Positions 20,041 to 31,855 of a stretch of 32,000 bases of DNA are shown in pieces. A program made the translations under genes and the position numbers. Within the stretch, counting starts at the first letter, position 1, and each line of letters begins with the position of its first letter. The stretch is from positions 870,001-902,000 of the forward strand of contig NZ_CP065581.1 in assembly GCF_018389705.1 (NCBI RefSeq). Reading direction: 5' to 3'. The notes beneath the pieces are model-generated. The model made no database searches. It had not been told where the DNA came from and was given only the letters and a program-made list of their open reading frames with translations. The stretch is from Mycoplasma mycoides subsp. capri (GTDB lineage Bacteria > Bacillota_I > Bacilli_A > Mycoplasmatales > Mycoplasmataceae).

Positions 20041-21528
20041 ATGACAAAAACAACAAAGCCAAACCCTTTCACAAATTTTATAAATAAAACTTTTAAAACT
20101 TTTGATAAAAAAACATTATTTGTTATTATGCTACTAGCAGTTTCAGATACTTTAGTGTTTATTTTCCCTTCTTATTTAAGAAACGTTATGAGTTCTGAAG
20201 TAATAAGTTTATATTTGGGAGTAAAAACTGAACATTTATCTCAAGCTAGTGCAATTTATGGTTATATTTCTTTAGCAATTTATTTTTTTGGATCAATATT
20301 AGGAGATAAACTTAGTGTTAAGTGATTAACTATTATAGGTCTTGCAACATTTGGAGTTTCTGGAGCTTGATATGGATCAATTGGTTTAACTGCTGGTGGA
20401 GCTTTAGTTTCTAGTGCTAATGGACCAATTCTAAATGAAACTGGAGTTCAATCTCGTTTTATTCAACTATGTATAATCTATTCAATTTGAGCTTTTGCTA
20501 AAATAATTTTTTGAGCTCCATTATGAAAATTACTATCTCAACAAGGTAAACCAGAACAAAATGGTATTTTAAATGGAATACATGGTAGTTTTAATGGATT
20601 TGCAGGAACAGTTTTAGTTTCAATTGGATATATTTTATTCTTTGTACTAACTCCTTTATTTGCTGGAAAAAACATTTCAACTCCTAGTGTATGAAACTTT
20701 TCAATTATGATTTATATGTTTTGTGGTTTAATTGCACTAACTGTTATTTTATTAATTTTCACAGTTAAAGAAGATAAATCAGAAAAAGAAGAAAACGCTT
20801 CATTTAACATAAAAGATGTATTTGGAATATTAAAAAATGTAAAAATTTGATTAGTATCACTTGTTGTTATGGGTGTTTATATGTATCAAATGGGGTTAAG
20901 TATTTTAGTATCTTATTTAGAGGTATCACTACAAGTTGCTGCAGTTGCTGTGTTTGTAGGTGGATTATTAAGAACTTATTTATTTAGATTTATTTTTTCA
21001 GCTCCTGCTGGTAAAATTGCTGATAAAACTGGTAAGTATATTAAGTTCTTAATGACTGGTATTTTAATAGGAACATTTTTAGTAACAACAGTTCTATTAT
21101 TACCTGGATTTAGAGTTGGTTGAATAATAGAAAAAGCTCCTAAATGATATTTATGAACAGTAAGAGTTATTGTTTATACATTCTTTTTATGTTTAGGTGC
21201 TTTATGTTGAGGTTTAGTAACTAATAGATGAGCTACTTTATTTGAAATTGGAATTGATAGAAAACATTATGCTTCAGCTGTTGGAATTGTTAGTGTTGTA
21301 GCCTTTACACCAGATGCTTGATTTCAACAATTACAAGCAGTTCTAATTGCTAAATATAAAGTTGCTGATCCTTTAATAAAAGGTGGATATAACAATCAAT
21401 TTGCTTATCAAATTTTAATGATAATAATTGTTGTTATTAGTTTAGTTGGATTTGCAGCTGGTGCTTTACTAATTTATTTAAACAATAAAGATAAAAAAAT
21501 GGCTCAACTTCAAACTCAAGTTCAATAA
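20041..21528 (+). CDS. MFS-type permease (495 aa); resembles what I recall as the Mycoplasma-specific MFS family
   Basis: Checked codon by codon: 13 in-frame TGA, no TGG, TAA at 21526-21528. About 12 hydrophobic segments with a central charged loop (VKEDKSEKEENASF). This is the only plus-strand gene in the window. Confidence 0.85.
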
Positions 21529-21563
21529 ATCAAAAAATAATTAATAATTAAATAATCGCAATT

Positions 21564-21590
21564 GACTCACGTATGTGAGTCTTTTTATTA
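21564..21590 (+). terminator. Intrinsic terminator of the MFS gene
   Basis: gactcac-gtat-gtgagtc (21564-21581) followed by tttttatta. Confidence 0.7.
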
Positions 21591-21623
21591 AAAAAGTTGC
21601 CATTATTATACAAAGCAACTTTT
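21590..21623 (-). terminator. Candidate terminator of fba, convergent with the MFS terminator
   Basis: Minus strand reads AAAAGTTGC, a 14-nt loop, then GCAACTTTT followed by TTAAT. It lies 17 nt after the fba stop. The large loop lowers confidence. Confidence 0.5.
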
Positions 21624-21639
21624 AAATTAATTATATTAA

Positions 21640-22533
21640 TTATTTAGCTTTTCCTTGGCAACCAAATCAATTTGTTAATTCTAAGAATGTAGTTTTTAAA
21701 GCATCATATCCTGGTTTTAATAACTTACGTGGGTCAAATCCTTTTTTAGCATCATCAAGATCTTTTCTTTCTTCAACATATTTTCTAGTTGCGTCTCTAA
21801 ATGCTAATTGTAATTCAGTATTAACATTAATTTTTGCAATTCCCATTGAAATTGCTTTTTTAACTTGTTCTTGAGGAATTCCTGATCCACCATGTAATAC
21901 CATTGGCATTTTGCAAGCTTTTTGTAATCTTTCTAAAGTATCAAATGATAAAGATTGTCATCATGATGGATATTTACCATGAATATTTCCGATTCCAGCA
22001 GCTAACATAGTAATTCCAGTTTTTGAAATTTCTTCAGCTTGTAAAGGATCTCCTAGTTCACCTTGACCAATAACTCCGTCTTCTTCTCCACCAATTGATC
22101 CAATTTCAGCTTCAACTGAAACTTCATATTCTTCAGCAAATTTAATTAATTCTTTTGTCATTTCTAAGTTTTCTGCATATGGGAAATGTGAACCATCAAA
22201 CATTACTGATGAATATCCTGCTAGAATACATTTTTTAGCCATTTCTAATGATTGTCCATGATCTAAATGCAAAGCAACTGGAACAGTAATGTTTAAATAA
22301 TCTAATAATCCATTAACCATTCCAACAACAGTATTAACACCACCCATGTATTTAATAGCTCCTTCACTTGTAGCTATAATTACAGGTGTTTTTGAAGCTT
22401 CAGCAGCTTCTAAAATTGCTTTTGTTCATTCTAAGTTATTAATATTAAAGTGACCAATTGCATATTTGTGTCTATGTGCATCAATAACCATTTGTTTAGC
22501 ATTAACTAATTTTTTGTGGTATAACTTTGGCAT
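21640..22533 (-). CDS. fba: Class II fructose-1,6-bisphosphate aldolase (297 aa)
   Basis: 21961-22347 and 21667-21909 plus the ends share one frame across TGA. ..VPVALHLDHG.., AAGIGNIHGKYPSWW and PMVLHGGSGIP are present. AAGGAAG precedes ATG 22533. Confidence 0.95.
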
Positions 22534-22660
22534 TCTACTATTACTTCCTTTTTTTAATCTATTTTAATATTATCACTTTTCTATTGTTTTAGTGGTAACA
22601 TATAAGCTCATAATTGGTAAATCCAAAAATATATTTAGAAACTAAGACAGTAAAAGGCAT

Positions 22661-22686
22661 AAAAAAACCTAGTATTTACTAGGTTT
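22661..22686 (-). terminator. Terminator after DUF285 paralog A
   Basis: Minus strand reads AAACCTAGTA-AA-TACTAGGTTT running into TTTTTTTAT. It starts 6 nt after the stop at 22692. Confidence 0.65.
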
Positions 22687-22690
22687 AAAA

Positions 22691-22800
22691 ATTATTTTTT
22701 AAATCTTTTAATTAAATAAGGTATACCAGCTGCTAAAGAAGTTAAAACAACTTGACTTCCAACAACAATACCAACAATTGCTGGAGTTGAAAGTTTTTTA
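22691..22800. repeat. Direct repeat copy 1 (the 3' end of paralog A, encoding the C-terminal anchor)
   Basis: By my hand alignment, 22691-22790 matches 23662-23761 at 98 of 100 nt (differences at agaAgtt/agaGgtt and ttgAct/ttgGct). Two more mismatches fall in the next 10 nt, after which the sequences diverge sharply. Confidence 0.9.
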
Positions 22801-23648
22801 GATTGTTGAATTGTTGTGCTTAAATTAGTTTTTGGAATTTCTGAATTTGGTTTTGATTTTATAATAGGATTTATTAGTTTAGTTAATGGTATTGATTGTT
22901 TTGGTTTTGATGGTGAAGGGTGAATTATTACCTTTGGTTCAGTAGATTCTGGTTTTTTAACAGTAGGATCATTATACTCAGCAACTTTTCAACTAGGTTT
23001 TTTATCGATATATTCAAAAATCCCACTAGCTCTAGAAAAATTCTTATTTTTAGTTACTTTATCAACATTTCAATCTTTTAAATTTTGTTTAAAGCTTTCT
23101 GCACCATCAAACATTGATTCCATTGATTCGACTTTTTCAGTATTTCAATTTAAGGGTTTGTCTTTATTATTGAATTTAATAGCATTTTTAAACATACCAG
23201 TCATATTAGTGACATTATCAGTTTTTCATTCTGATAAATCTGCATCTATTAATTGATTATCATAAAATACATAACTCATATTCTTTATTTTTGATGTATT
23301 TCATTTTTCAAAACCAGTAACTGTGGGATGATTCTGATCTTTATATCTATGAGCAAAGGCGCGATATAAGCTAACTATTTCTTCTGGTAGTTTTTCTGGA
23401 ACTTTTTTAACATAATAAGGAATTTGCTTTATGGTTATTTCATTCCCTCTTTTATAAAAACCAATTTCAACAATTTCAGTTTTATCGCCATCTTTGTATT
23501 TATGTGGCTGTTCAGTTTTTTCTGATTTCATCTCAATTTTCATTTTATAGTTTATATTAAAATGATTTTCATTTTTCAAAAACACTATTGATGAAAAAGA
23601 AAGTAAAGACAATTTTGCAATAGTTAATATTAATAAATTTATTCTCAT
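22692..23648 (-). CDS. DUF285/BspA-like repeat surface protein, paralog A (318 aa), with N-terminal hydrophobic signal and C-terminal TM anchor
   Basis: 23301-23648 continues in frame through 5 TGA; the 3' part (22692-23100) was checked codon by codon and the rest read through without seeing TAA/TAG. Repeats W-N/K-T-x-K/N-V/I-x-x-M-x-x-M-F (WNTSKIKNMSYVF, WKTDNVTNMTGMF, WNTEKVESMESMF, WNVDKV), a P/K/S/T-rich linker, then KKLSTPAIVGIVVGSQVVLTSLAAGIPYLIKRFKK*. Confidence 0.8.
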
Positions 23649-23661
23649 ATATAGTAGGGTA

Positions 23662-23771
23662 ATTATTTTTTAAATCTTTTAATTAAATAAGGTATACCAG
23701 CTGCTAAAGAGGTTAAAACAACTTGGCTTCCAACAACAATACCAACAATTGCTGGAGTTGATAATTTTTTA
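23662..23771. repeat. Direct repeat copy 2 (the 3' end of paralog B)
   Basis: See copy 1. The offset between the two copies is 971 nt. Confidence 0.9.
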
Positions 23772-24628
23772 TTTTCTTGTTTTGATGTAGTTATATTAGA
23801 TTTTGGAAGTTCTTGATCTGAATTAGGTTTTAATGTAGGTTTAGTTTCATTAGTTCTATTTATTATTTTAGCTAAAGGCAAAGTAACCCTTGGTTTTGGA
23901 GCAGGGGTTGGATGAATTATCACTTTTGGTGTTTTATTTTCTTCTTTTTTAATAATAGGATCATTTTCTTCTTTTAGATTTTTCCATTTAGGTTTTTTAT
24001 TTTCATCACTAAAAATTCCACTAGCTCTAGAAAAATTCTTATTTTTAGTTACTTTTTCAACATTTCAACTCATCAAGTTCTGTTTAAAACTTTCTGCACC
24101 ATCAAACATAGATTCCATTAATTCTACATTGTTAGTTGTTCAAGACAAAGATTTACCACCATTATCAAATTTTGTTGCATTTTTAAACATACCAGTCATA
24201 TTAATGACATTATCAGTTTTTCAAGCAGACAAATCTGTGTCAATAATATGATTTTCAAAAAAGACATAACTCATATCTTTTATTTTTGATGTATCTCATT
24301 TTTCAAATCCAGTAACTGGATCATGATGACTATATCTATAAGAAAAAGCGCGATACAAACTTTCAATTTCTGTTGGTAAATTAGTAGGAACTTTTTTTAC
24401 ATAAAATGGAATAGGTCTTATAGTAACTTTATTAGTAGTTGGGTGCTTGTAATAACCTATTTTTTTAATTTCTGTTTTATCTTCATTATATTCATGATTG
24501 GGGCTGGCTTTTGTAGTATCTTGGGCAAATAAAGATATTGTTTCTTGATTCTTTCAAAAAGTGAATGGTAAAGGGATTAATAAGCTAGTAATTATAGAAT
24601 AAGGTATTAATTTCAGTATCTTTTTCAT
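23663..24628 (-). CDS. DUF285/BspA-like repeat surface protein, paralog B (321 aa)
   Basis: 23663-23923 extends in frame through TGA to ATG 24628 (MKKILKLIPYSIITSLLIPLPFTFW..). Same repeat architecture (WDTSKIKDMSYVF, WKTDNVINMTGMF, WTTNNVELMESMF, WNVEKV) and an identical 35-aa C-terminus. Confidence 0.8.
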
Positions 24629-24810
24629 AAATAATTTAAATAGTTTCTTTTTATTTGTTTATAACAAAATTAAGTAATTTATATTGTTTTAGTAGGGTAT
24701 TTAGACAAAACAAAAACTACTCTCACTAGTGATCAATTTATAACAAAGCACCTACAACTAAAACTACTTATAATTCTTATATAACATACATATCAAACTT
24801 TTACAATACC

Positions 24811-24846
24811 TAAAAAAATAAAAACTCACAACTAAATTGTGAGTTT
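24811..24846 (-). terminator. Intrinsic terminator of pyrG
   Basis: 10-bp stem aaactcacaa (24822-24831) / ttgtgagttt (24837-24846) with loop ctaaa. On the minus strand it is followed by TTATTTTTTTA. It lies 18 nt after the pyrG stop. Confidence 0.7.
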
Positions 24847-24864
24847 AATTTAATTATTAAAATA

Positions 24865-26463
24865 CTATTTATTATTTTCAACAATTGCTTTAATAAATCC
24901 CTTAAATAAAGGAGTTGGCTTATTAGGACGAGAAGTAAATTCAGGATGAAACTGACTAGCAACAAAGAATTTTAAACTTGGCATTTCAACAACTTCAACT
25001 AAGTTCTTTTCTTCATAAATTCCAGAAAATCTTAATCCAACACTTTCTAAATCTTTTTTATATTCATTATTAAATTCATATCTATGTCTATGTCTTTCTA
25101 AAGCAACATCTGAATTATATAACTTAGAAACTAATGAATCTTTTTCTAATTTAGTAACCATTGTACCTAATCTTAAAGTTCCACCAATATTATCTCTATC
25201 AATACCTTTAATATAATCAAAAATTGGATGAGTAGTATTTTTATTAAATTCAGTTGAATCAGCATCACTTCATTTTAATAAATCTCTTGCAATTGAAATT
25301 GTTGCTATTTGCATTCCTAAACAAATTCCTAAATAAGGAATATCATTTTCTCTAGCATACCTACTAGCTAACATCATTCCTTCAATTCCTCTTTTACCAA
25401 ATCCACCTGGAACTAAAATACCTTGGCTATTTTTTAAAACTTCTTTATAATTTGATTCATCTAATTTATCTGCTTGAACTCATCTGATTTTAATTTTTTT
25501 ATTAAATTCTCAACCAGCTATTTTTAATGATTCTAAAACTGATAAATATGCATCTTGTAATTCTATATATTTACCAACAAAACTAATTTCAATTTCTTCA
25601 GTTGATGAATCGATTTTTTTATTAAATTGTTTTCATAAAGATAGATCTATATTTTTAGCTTTTAATTGTAACTGTTCAATTATAATATCTTGAAGATTTT
25701 GTTTTGCTAAAGCTAATGGCACTCTATAAATTGAATCTTGATCAATTGCATCAATAATATTTGTAATAGGAACATTACAAAATAAAGAAATTTTTTCTTT
25801 AATATCTTTTGGTGAAGAAGAGTCACTTCTACATACTATAACATCAGGTTGAATTCCTAAACTAGCCATTGCTTTTACTGAGTTTTGAATAGGTTTAGTT
25901 TTATATTCTTTTGAAGCAGCTAATCATAATAATAAAACAACATGAACAAACATTACATTTTCTTTACCTTGTTCTAGTCTAATTTGTCTAATTGCTTCAA
26001 TAAAAGGTTGAGATTCAATATCTCCAACAGTTCCACCAATTTCAGAAATTATCACATCAGCTTGGCTTTGTTCTGCTGCTTGATAAACTTTTTGTTTAAT
26101 AGCATCAGTTATATGAGGAACTACTTGAATAGTTTTACCACTATTAACTCCTTTTCTTTCACCTTGAATTACAGATAAATAGATTTTTCCAGAAGTTGTT
26201 GAAGATAATTTAGTTAATTCTTCATCAATAAAACGTTCATAATGACCTAGATCTAAATCAGTTTCTCCCCCATCTTTTGTAACAAAAACTTCACCATGTT
26301 GATATGGAGACATTGTTCCTGGATCAACATTTAAATATGGATCAAATTTTTGCATAAATACTTTTAATCCACTAGCTTTTAATAATGCACCAATTGAACT
26401 AGCTGTAATTCCTTTTCCTAAACCCGAAACTACTCCACCAGTTACAAATATAAACTTTGCCAT
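24865..26463 (-). CDS. pyrG: CTP synthase (532 aa)
   Basis: 25924-26463, 25633-25869 and 24865-25161 share one frame across TGA. N-terminus [23 protein letters not shown]; C-terminal glutamine amidotransferase region (..[10 protein letters not shown]..). AAGGAGAATAAGTAA precedes the ATG. Confidence 0.98.
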
Positions 26464-26553
26464 TTACTTATTCTCCTTTATATATGTTGTAATTAATTAT
26501 AAACAACTAATTAAAATAAAAAGGTCATAAAAACTTAGTTTTACAACCTTTAA

Positions 26554-26982
26554 TTATCGATTATATTCATCATCATCTATATATGTTTGGTCAGTGTCAT
26601 CAAAATCTTCGTCAAAATCATCTAATTCTTGAGTAAAATCACTATCATAATCTTCATCTAATAACATTTCATCATCTATTGTTAATTCTTCATCTGAATC
26701 ACTATATCTGTGTTTATGATCTGTATTAATAAAATCATCATATTGTTTTTTAATGTTTTCAACTGATGAATTAGAACTTAAAGCTCATAAATTATCAGTT
26801 GTTAAAGCAAATCTATTATCAAGAACCATGTCTCCATATAGATCTGCTATTACTGAGATTTCATCTTTTTTTTGACTGATTATATCTTTTGATATTGACT
26901 TTCAAATTTCATTTAAACTTGAAGGTGTTTTAGTGCTTTGTAAATATGAATACACTAAATCTAGATTTCTAACTTTTGACAT
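26554..26982 (-). CDS. rpoE: RNA polymerase delta subunit (142 aa) with acidic C-terminal tail
   Basis: Checked codon by codon; 2 in-frame TGA. ..ADLYGDMVLDNRFALTTDNLWAL.. parallels the B. subtilis RpoE ..FYTDLNIDGRFLALSDQTWGL.. as I remember it. The tail is D/E-rich (DEDYDSDFTQELDDFDEDFDDTDQTYIDDDEYNR*). AGGTGAAAATAT precedes the ATG. Confidence 0.85.
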
Positions 26983-27007
26983 ATTTTCACCTACACAATT
27001 AGATATT

Positions 27008-28222
27008 CTACACTATTTCTTTTGGAAAAATAATTTTTCTCAAATTTTTTTGACTATTAGATTTTTGAAAAAACTTTACTAATTTACTATAATAACTTAG
27101 TTCATGAACTTGTTGATTATTACTATCATATAAGTAGATATTTTCATCTTTATTGTTTTTAATTACTGGATTATACATACTTAATGGTCTAATATTTGCT
27201 TCTAATAAATAGTAAGTAGGATCTAGTCCTAATTTGTTTAATTTACTAATTAAAGTAGTTTTATTTATTAACTTTTCATCTCTAATAGTAAATAATTTTC
27301 TATCAGTTAATCTTTTTGACAAATCACTTAAAATCAGATCTTTTTCACTACTACAATTTTTAAAAATATCAAACATTAAATAATCATCAATTTTTAAATA
27401 AGAATCTAAATCAATATCTTTATTATTAAATACATTTATAAAAAGTTCAATAATTCTATTATCTTTAAACTTGTAATTATTATTAAATAGATCAGTAACT
27501 CTTTTAAATCAACTAATAAACATAGCATCAAAAATAGTTGATGTTTTATGATTATAAACTTGTTGATACATATGATATCTACCTAATAAATATGATTCAA
27601 TTGCATAAATTGTTTTTTTAGGAAAGACAATTCTATCACCAATTATAAAAGCGTTTCTAATCATTCATTTAAAATCTAGTGTTGCATAATCAACACCACA
27701 GCTAATTGAATCTCTTTTTAAATAATCAAATCTATCAGCATCAATTTGTGAACTTACTAATAAATTAATAATTTTATTTTTATAAGTTCCATTAATAATA
27801 TCAACAATATCTTGAGGATTTATATGATGCTTTTTTAAAATTGGATAAATATTTCCTTTTTTATTTAAAATAATTTCACTTGTGTATTGTTCATGATTTT
27901 TATGTGTAATTTTTTCAAAAGTATGTGAAAAAGCACCATGTCCAATGTCATGTAATAATCCAGCTATTTTTACTAGTTTTTGTTCATAACTACTTATTTT
28001 TAAAAAAGCTTTATTTTTAAAAAACTCTTTTAAAATATAATAAGTTCCAATAGAATGACTAAAGCGAGTATGTGTTGCACTTGGATAAGCTAATTGTGTT
28101 CCTGCAAGTTGTAAAATTCTTCTTAATCTTTGCATTTCATAAGTATTTATTAATTGAATATAAATTACATCATCAAAATAAATATCACCATGAACATTAT
28201 CTCTAATTACTTTTAAATACAT
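27008..28222 (-). CDS. HD-domain phosphohydrolase, dNTP triphosphohydrolase-like (SAMHD1/EF1143/YwfO type) (404 aa)
   Basis: 27665-28222 and 27008-27376 are in frame; the gap was checked and contains only TGA. Motifs RFSHSIGT, GLLHDIGHGAFSH and DADRFDYLKRD. The ATG lies 2 nt after the gltX stop. Confidence 0.85.
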
Positions 28223-28224
28223 AA

Positions 28225-29685
<1,461 letters not shown>

Positions 29686-29700
29686 TTAAATAACTTTTTG

Positions 29701-29706
29701 ATTATA
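29701..29706 (-). promoter_or_regulatory. Candidate -10 box (TATAAT) for gltX
   Basis: Perfect TATAAT on the minus strand, 24 nt upstream of the gltX ATG. There is no convincing -35 box. Confidence 0.3.
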
Positions 29707-29760
29707 CTACTTTAATTAATTTTAAGTTTTTTTTTAAATTACAACAAATCTATATCACTA

Positions 29761-29796
29761 AAAACAAAATAAAAGTTCAGATTTAATCTGAACTTT
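29761..29796 (-). terminator. Intrinsic terminator of PTS EIICB-2
   Basis: 11-bp stem aaagttcagat (29772-29782) / atctgaacttt (29786-29796) with loop tta. On the minus strand it is followed by TATTTTGTTTT. It lies 12 nt after the stop. Confidence 0.7.
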
Positions 29797-29808
29797 ATAA
29801 TTATTAAA

Positions 29809-31512
29809 CTAATTTAGAATTTTTTTTAACTTATCTGCAACATGTTCTACATCAGTTCCAATTATTATTTGATAATTATTTTTACCTAATCTAACTACTC
29901 CAAAAGCTCCTATTTGTTTAATTTTTTGATCATCAATTACAGTTTTTGAATTATTTTTTACAGTTAGTCTTAATCTAGTTGAACAACTATCAACTAGTTC
30001 TATATTATCTTTTCCAACAATTTCTAATATCTTTTGAGCCATTAGTTCATATTTATTTATATCAGAATCATTTGTTGTTATATTTTCAATTATTTGTTTT
30101 TCATTTACTTTTTGAATTGTTTGTTTTTGAATCTCTAATTGGTTTTCTCTACCTGGAGTTAAAATATTTAACTTTTTAATCAAGAAATAAAAAGTTATAA
30201 AATATGTAGCAAACATACCTAAGGCATATACTCAAATTCATAATGGATTTGCATATCATCCAATTTTTGCTGAGATTTGTCATGAAGTTCAAAATGAAAC
30301 TACATAATCAATAAACCCAGCACTAAATCCAATTCCTAAACTAATTTGAGATCAAGTTACAAACATATAAAAAATACCTGTAAATAAAGCATTTAAAAAA
30401 TACAAAATAGGAGAAATAAAAATAAAATTAAAAGTTAAAGGTTCATCAATTCCAGTAATAAAAGCAACAAAAGCAGCTCCCCCATAAAAAGCAGTCATTT
30501 GTCTTTTTTTATCTTTATCTGAAACTAAAATTAATGCTAAAGCAACACCTGGTAAACCACCTAAAAATAAAGGGAAAAATCCAGTAGTAAATAATCCAGA
30601 TCCAATTAATCCTTTTTGAAATGCAGGAATATCACCATTAATAATTGTTGTTGAATTATCTACTAATAATTTACCTTCTATTGGTAGTTGAAATCATACA
30701 AATGTATTTAAAATATGATGTAAACCAAAAGGATAAACTAATCTATTTAAAAATCCATAAGTACCTACTGCAAACCCTTTATAAAAACCATTTGCTTGAG
30801 ATAAAGCTGTTCCTATTTTAATTAAACCAAACTGAAGTCATGGTCAAATAATAGCAAAGCTTAACCCTAGTGGAATAATCATTAAAACACCTAATAATGG
30901 AATAAATCTTCTTCCACCAAAAAATGAAAGAGCTTGAGGTAAAGTTACTTCTTTATATTTGTTATAAATTAAAGCAACTAAACACCCAACAACAATACCA
31001 CCAACAACTCCAGAATCTAGTTGATATTTCACACTATTTCCTTTTAAAAAATACAATAATTGAGTAGCGCGAACCATCTGACCATTACGTTCAATTAAAA
31101 GCTTGTCTGAAGTTAGTACATTTTTTCAAATAAATGTTGGAAATAAACCTTCTTTTAATAAAGCTGTCATTCCAAATCAAACAATACCACCAACTAATGC
31201 AGCTTCTCCACGATTATCTTTTGCTAAACCAAAACTAATACCAATAGCAAAAATAATTGCTAAATTATCAAAAACAATTTGACCAGGAGTAGCTATAATC
31301 AATCCTATGAATTTTTGAATTTCAGAAATATTTAATCCTCCATTGGCTAATGGATCTTGAATTAAAGCACCAAATCTAGCTAGTAAAGCTGCAATAGGTA
31401 AAACTGCAATTGGAAACATTAAAGTTTTTCCTAAACGCTGTAGTGCATTTAAAAGATTATTATAAAAACTATTTTCTTTGTTTTGTTTATCTTTTGCTTT
31501 TAAAAAATGCAT
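29809..31512 (-). CDS. PTS glucose/N-acetylglucosamine-family EIICB component (567 aa), no EIIA domain
   Basis: 31177-31512, 30844-31077 and 29809-30216 share one frame across many TGA. N-terminus ..LQRLGKTLMFPIAVLPIAALLARFG.. is typical of PtsG/NagE. YPFGLHHILN is present, and the C-terminal EIIB carries DSCSTRLRL. AGAAAGGAGATAAGTT precedes the ATG. Confidence 0.9.
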
Positions 31513-31794
31513 AACTTATCTCCTTTCTAATTTATTTCAATTAAATCTAATAAACTTTTTATTAAACATTTTAATTATTAATTTATAACAACCAACTTTA
31601 TTAAATAGGTATTATAAATTCTTTAAACTTGTTTTGTTAATAAATTTATGCACAACACTTTTATAGATCAACTATTTATTAATTAAAGTTATTTAAAACT
31701 CCTTTCATAAATTTAATACACTAAATATACAATTTTATTTTATCTAATCTAAGGTCTTAATTTTTTTATTATTCTAATCATTATTTATAATTAT

Positions 31795-31833
31795 TAAAAA
31801 ATAAAAAAATCACAATTTTAAAAATTGTGATTT
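31795..31833 (-). terminator. Intrinsic terminator after the partial right-edge gene
   Basis: aaatcacaatt (31807-31817) / aattgtgattt (31823-31833). On the minus strand it is followed by a T-rich run (TTTTTATTTTTT). Confidence 0.65.
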
Positions 31834-31855
31834 ACATTAATTATTTGTATTTTTT

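Noticed and set aside
25984-26178. Plus-strand 64-aa ORF
   Set aside because: It is antisense to pyrG.
26464-26553. Hairpin-like AAGGT..AAAACT-A-AGTTTT..ACCTT plus T-run between rpoE and pyrG, considered as a CTP-responsive pyrG attenuator like the one in Bacillus
   Set aside because: The best -10 box (TTATAAT) lies downstream of the hairpin, so the hairpin more likely terminates or attenuates rpoE transcripts. I found no GGGC-type initially transcribed sequence. It stays unresolved, with too little evidence to claim.
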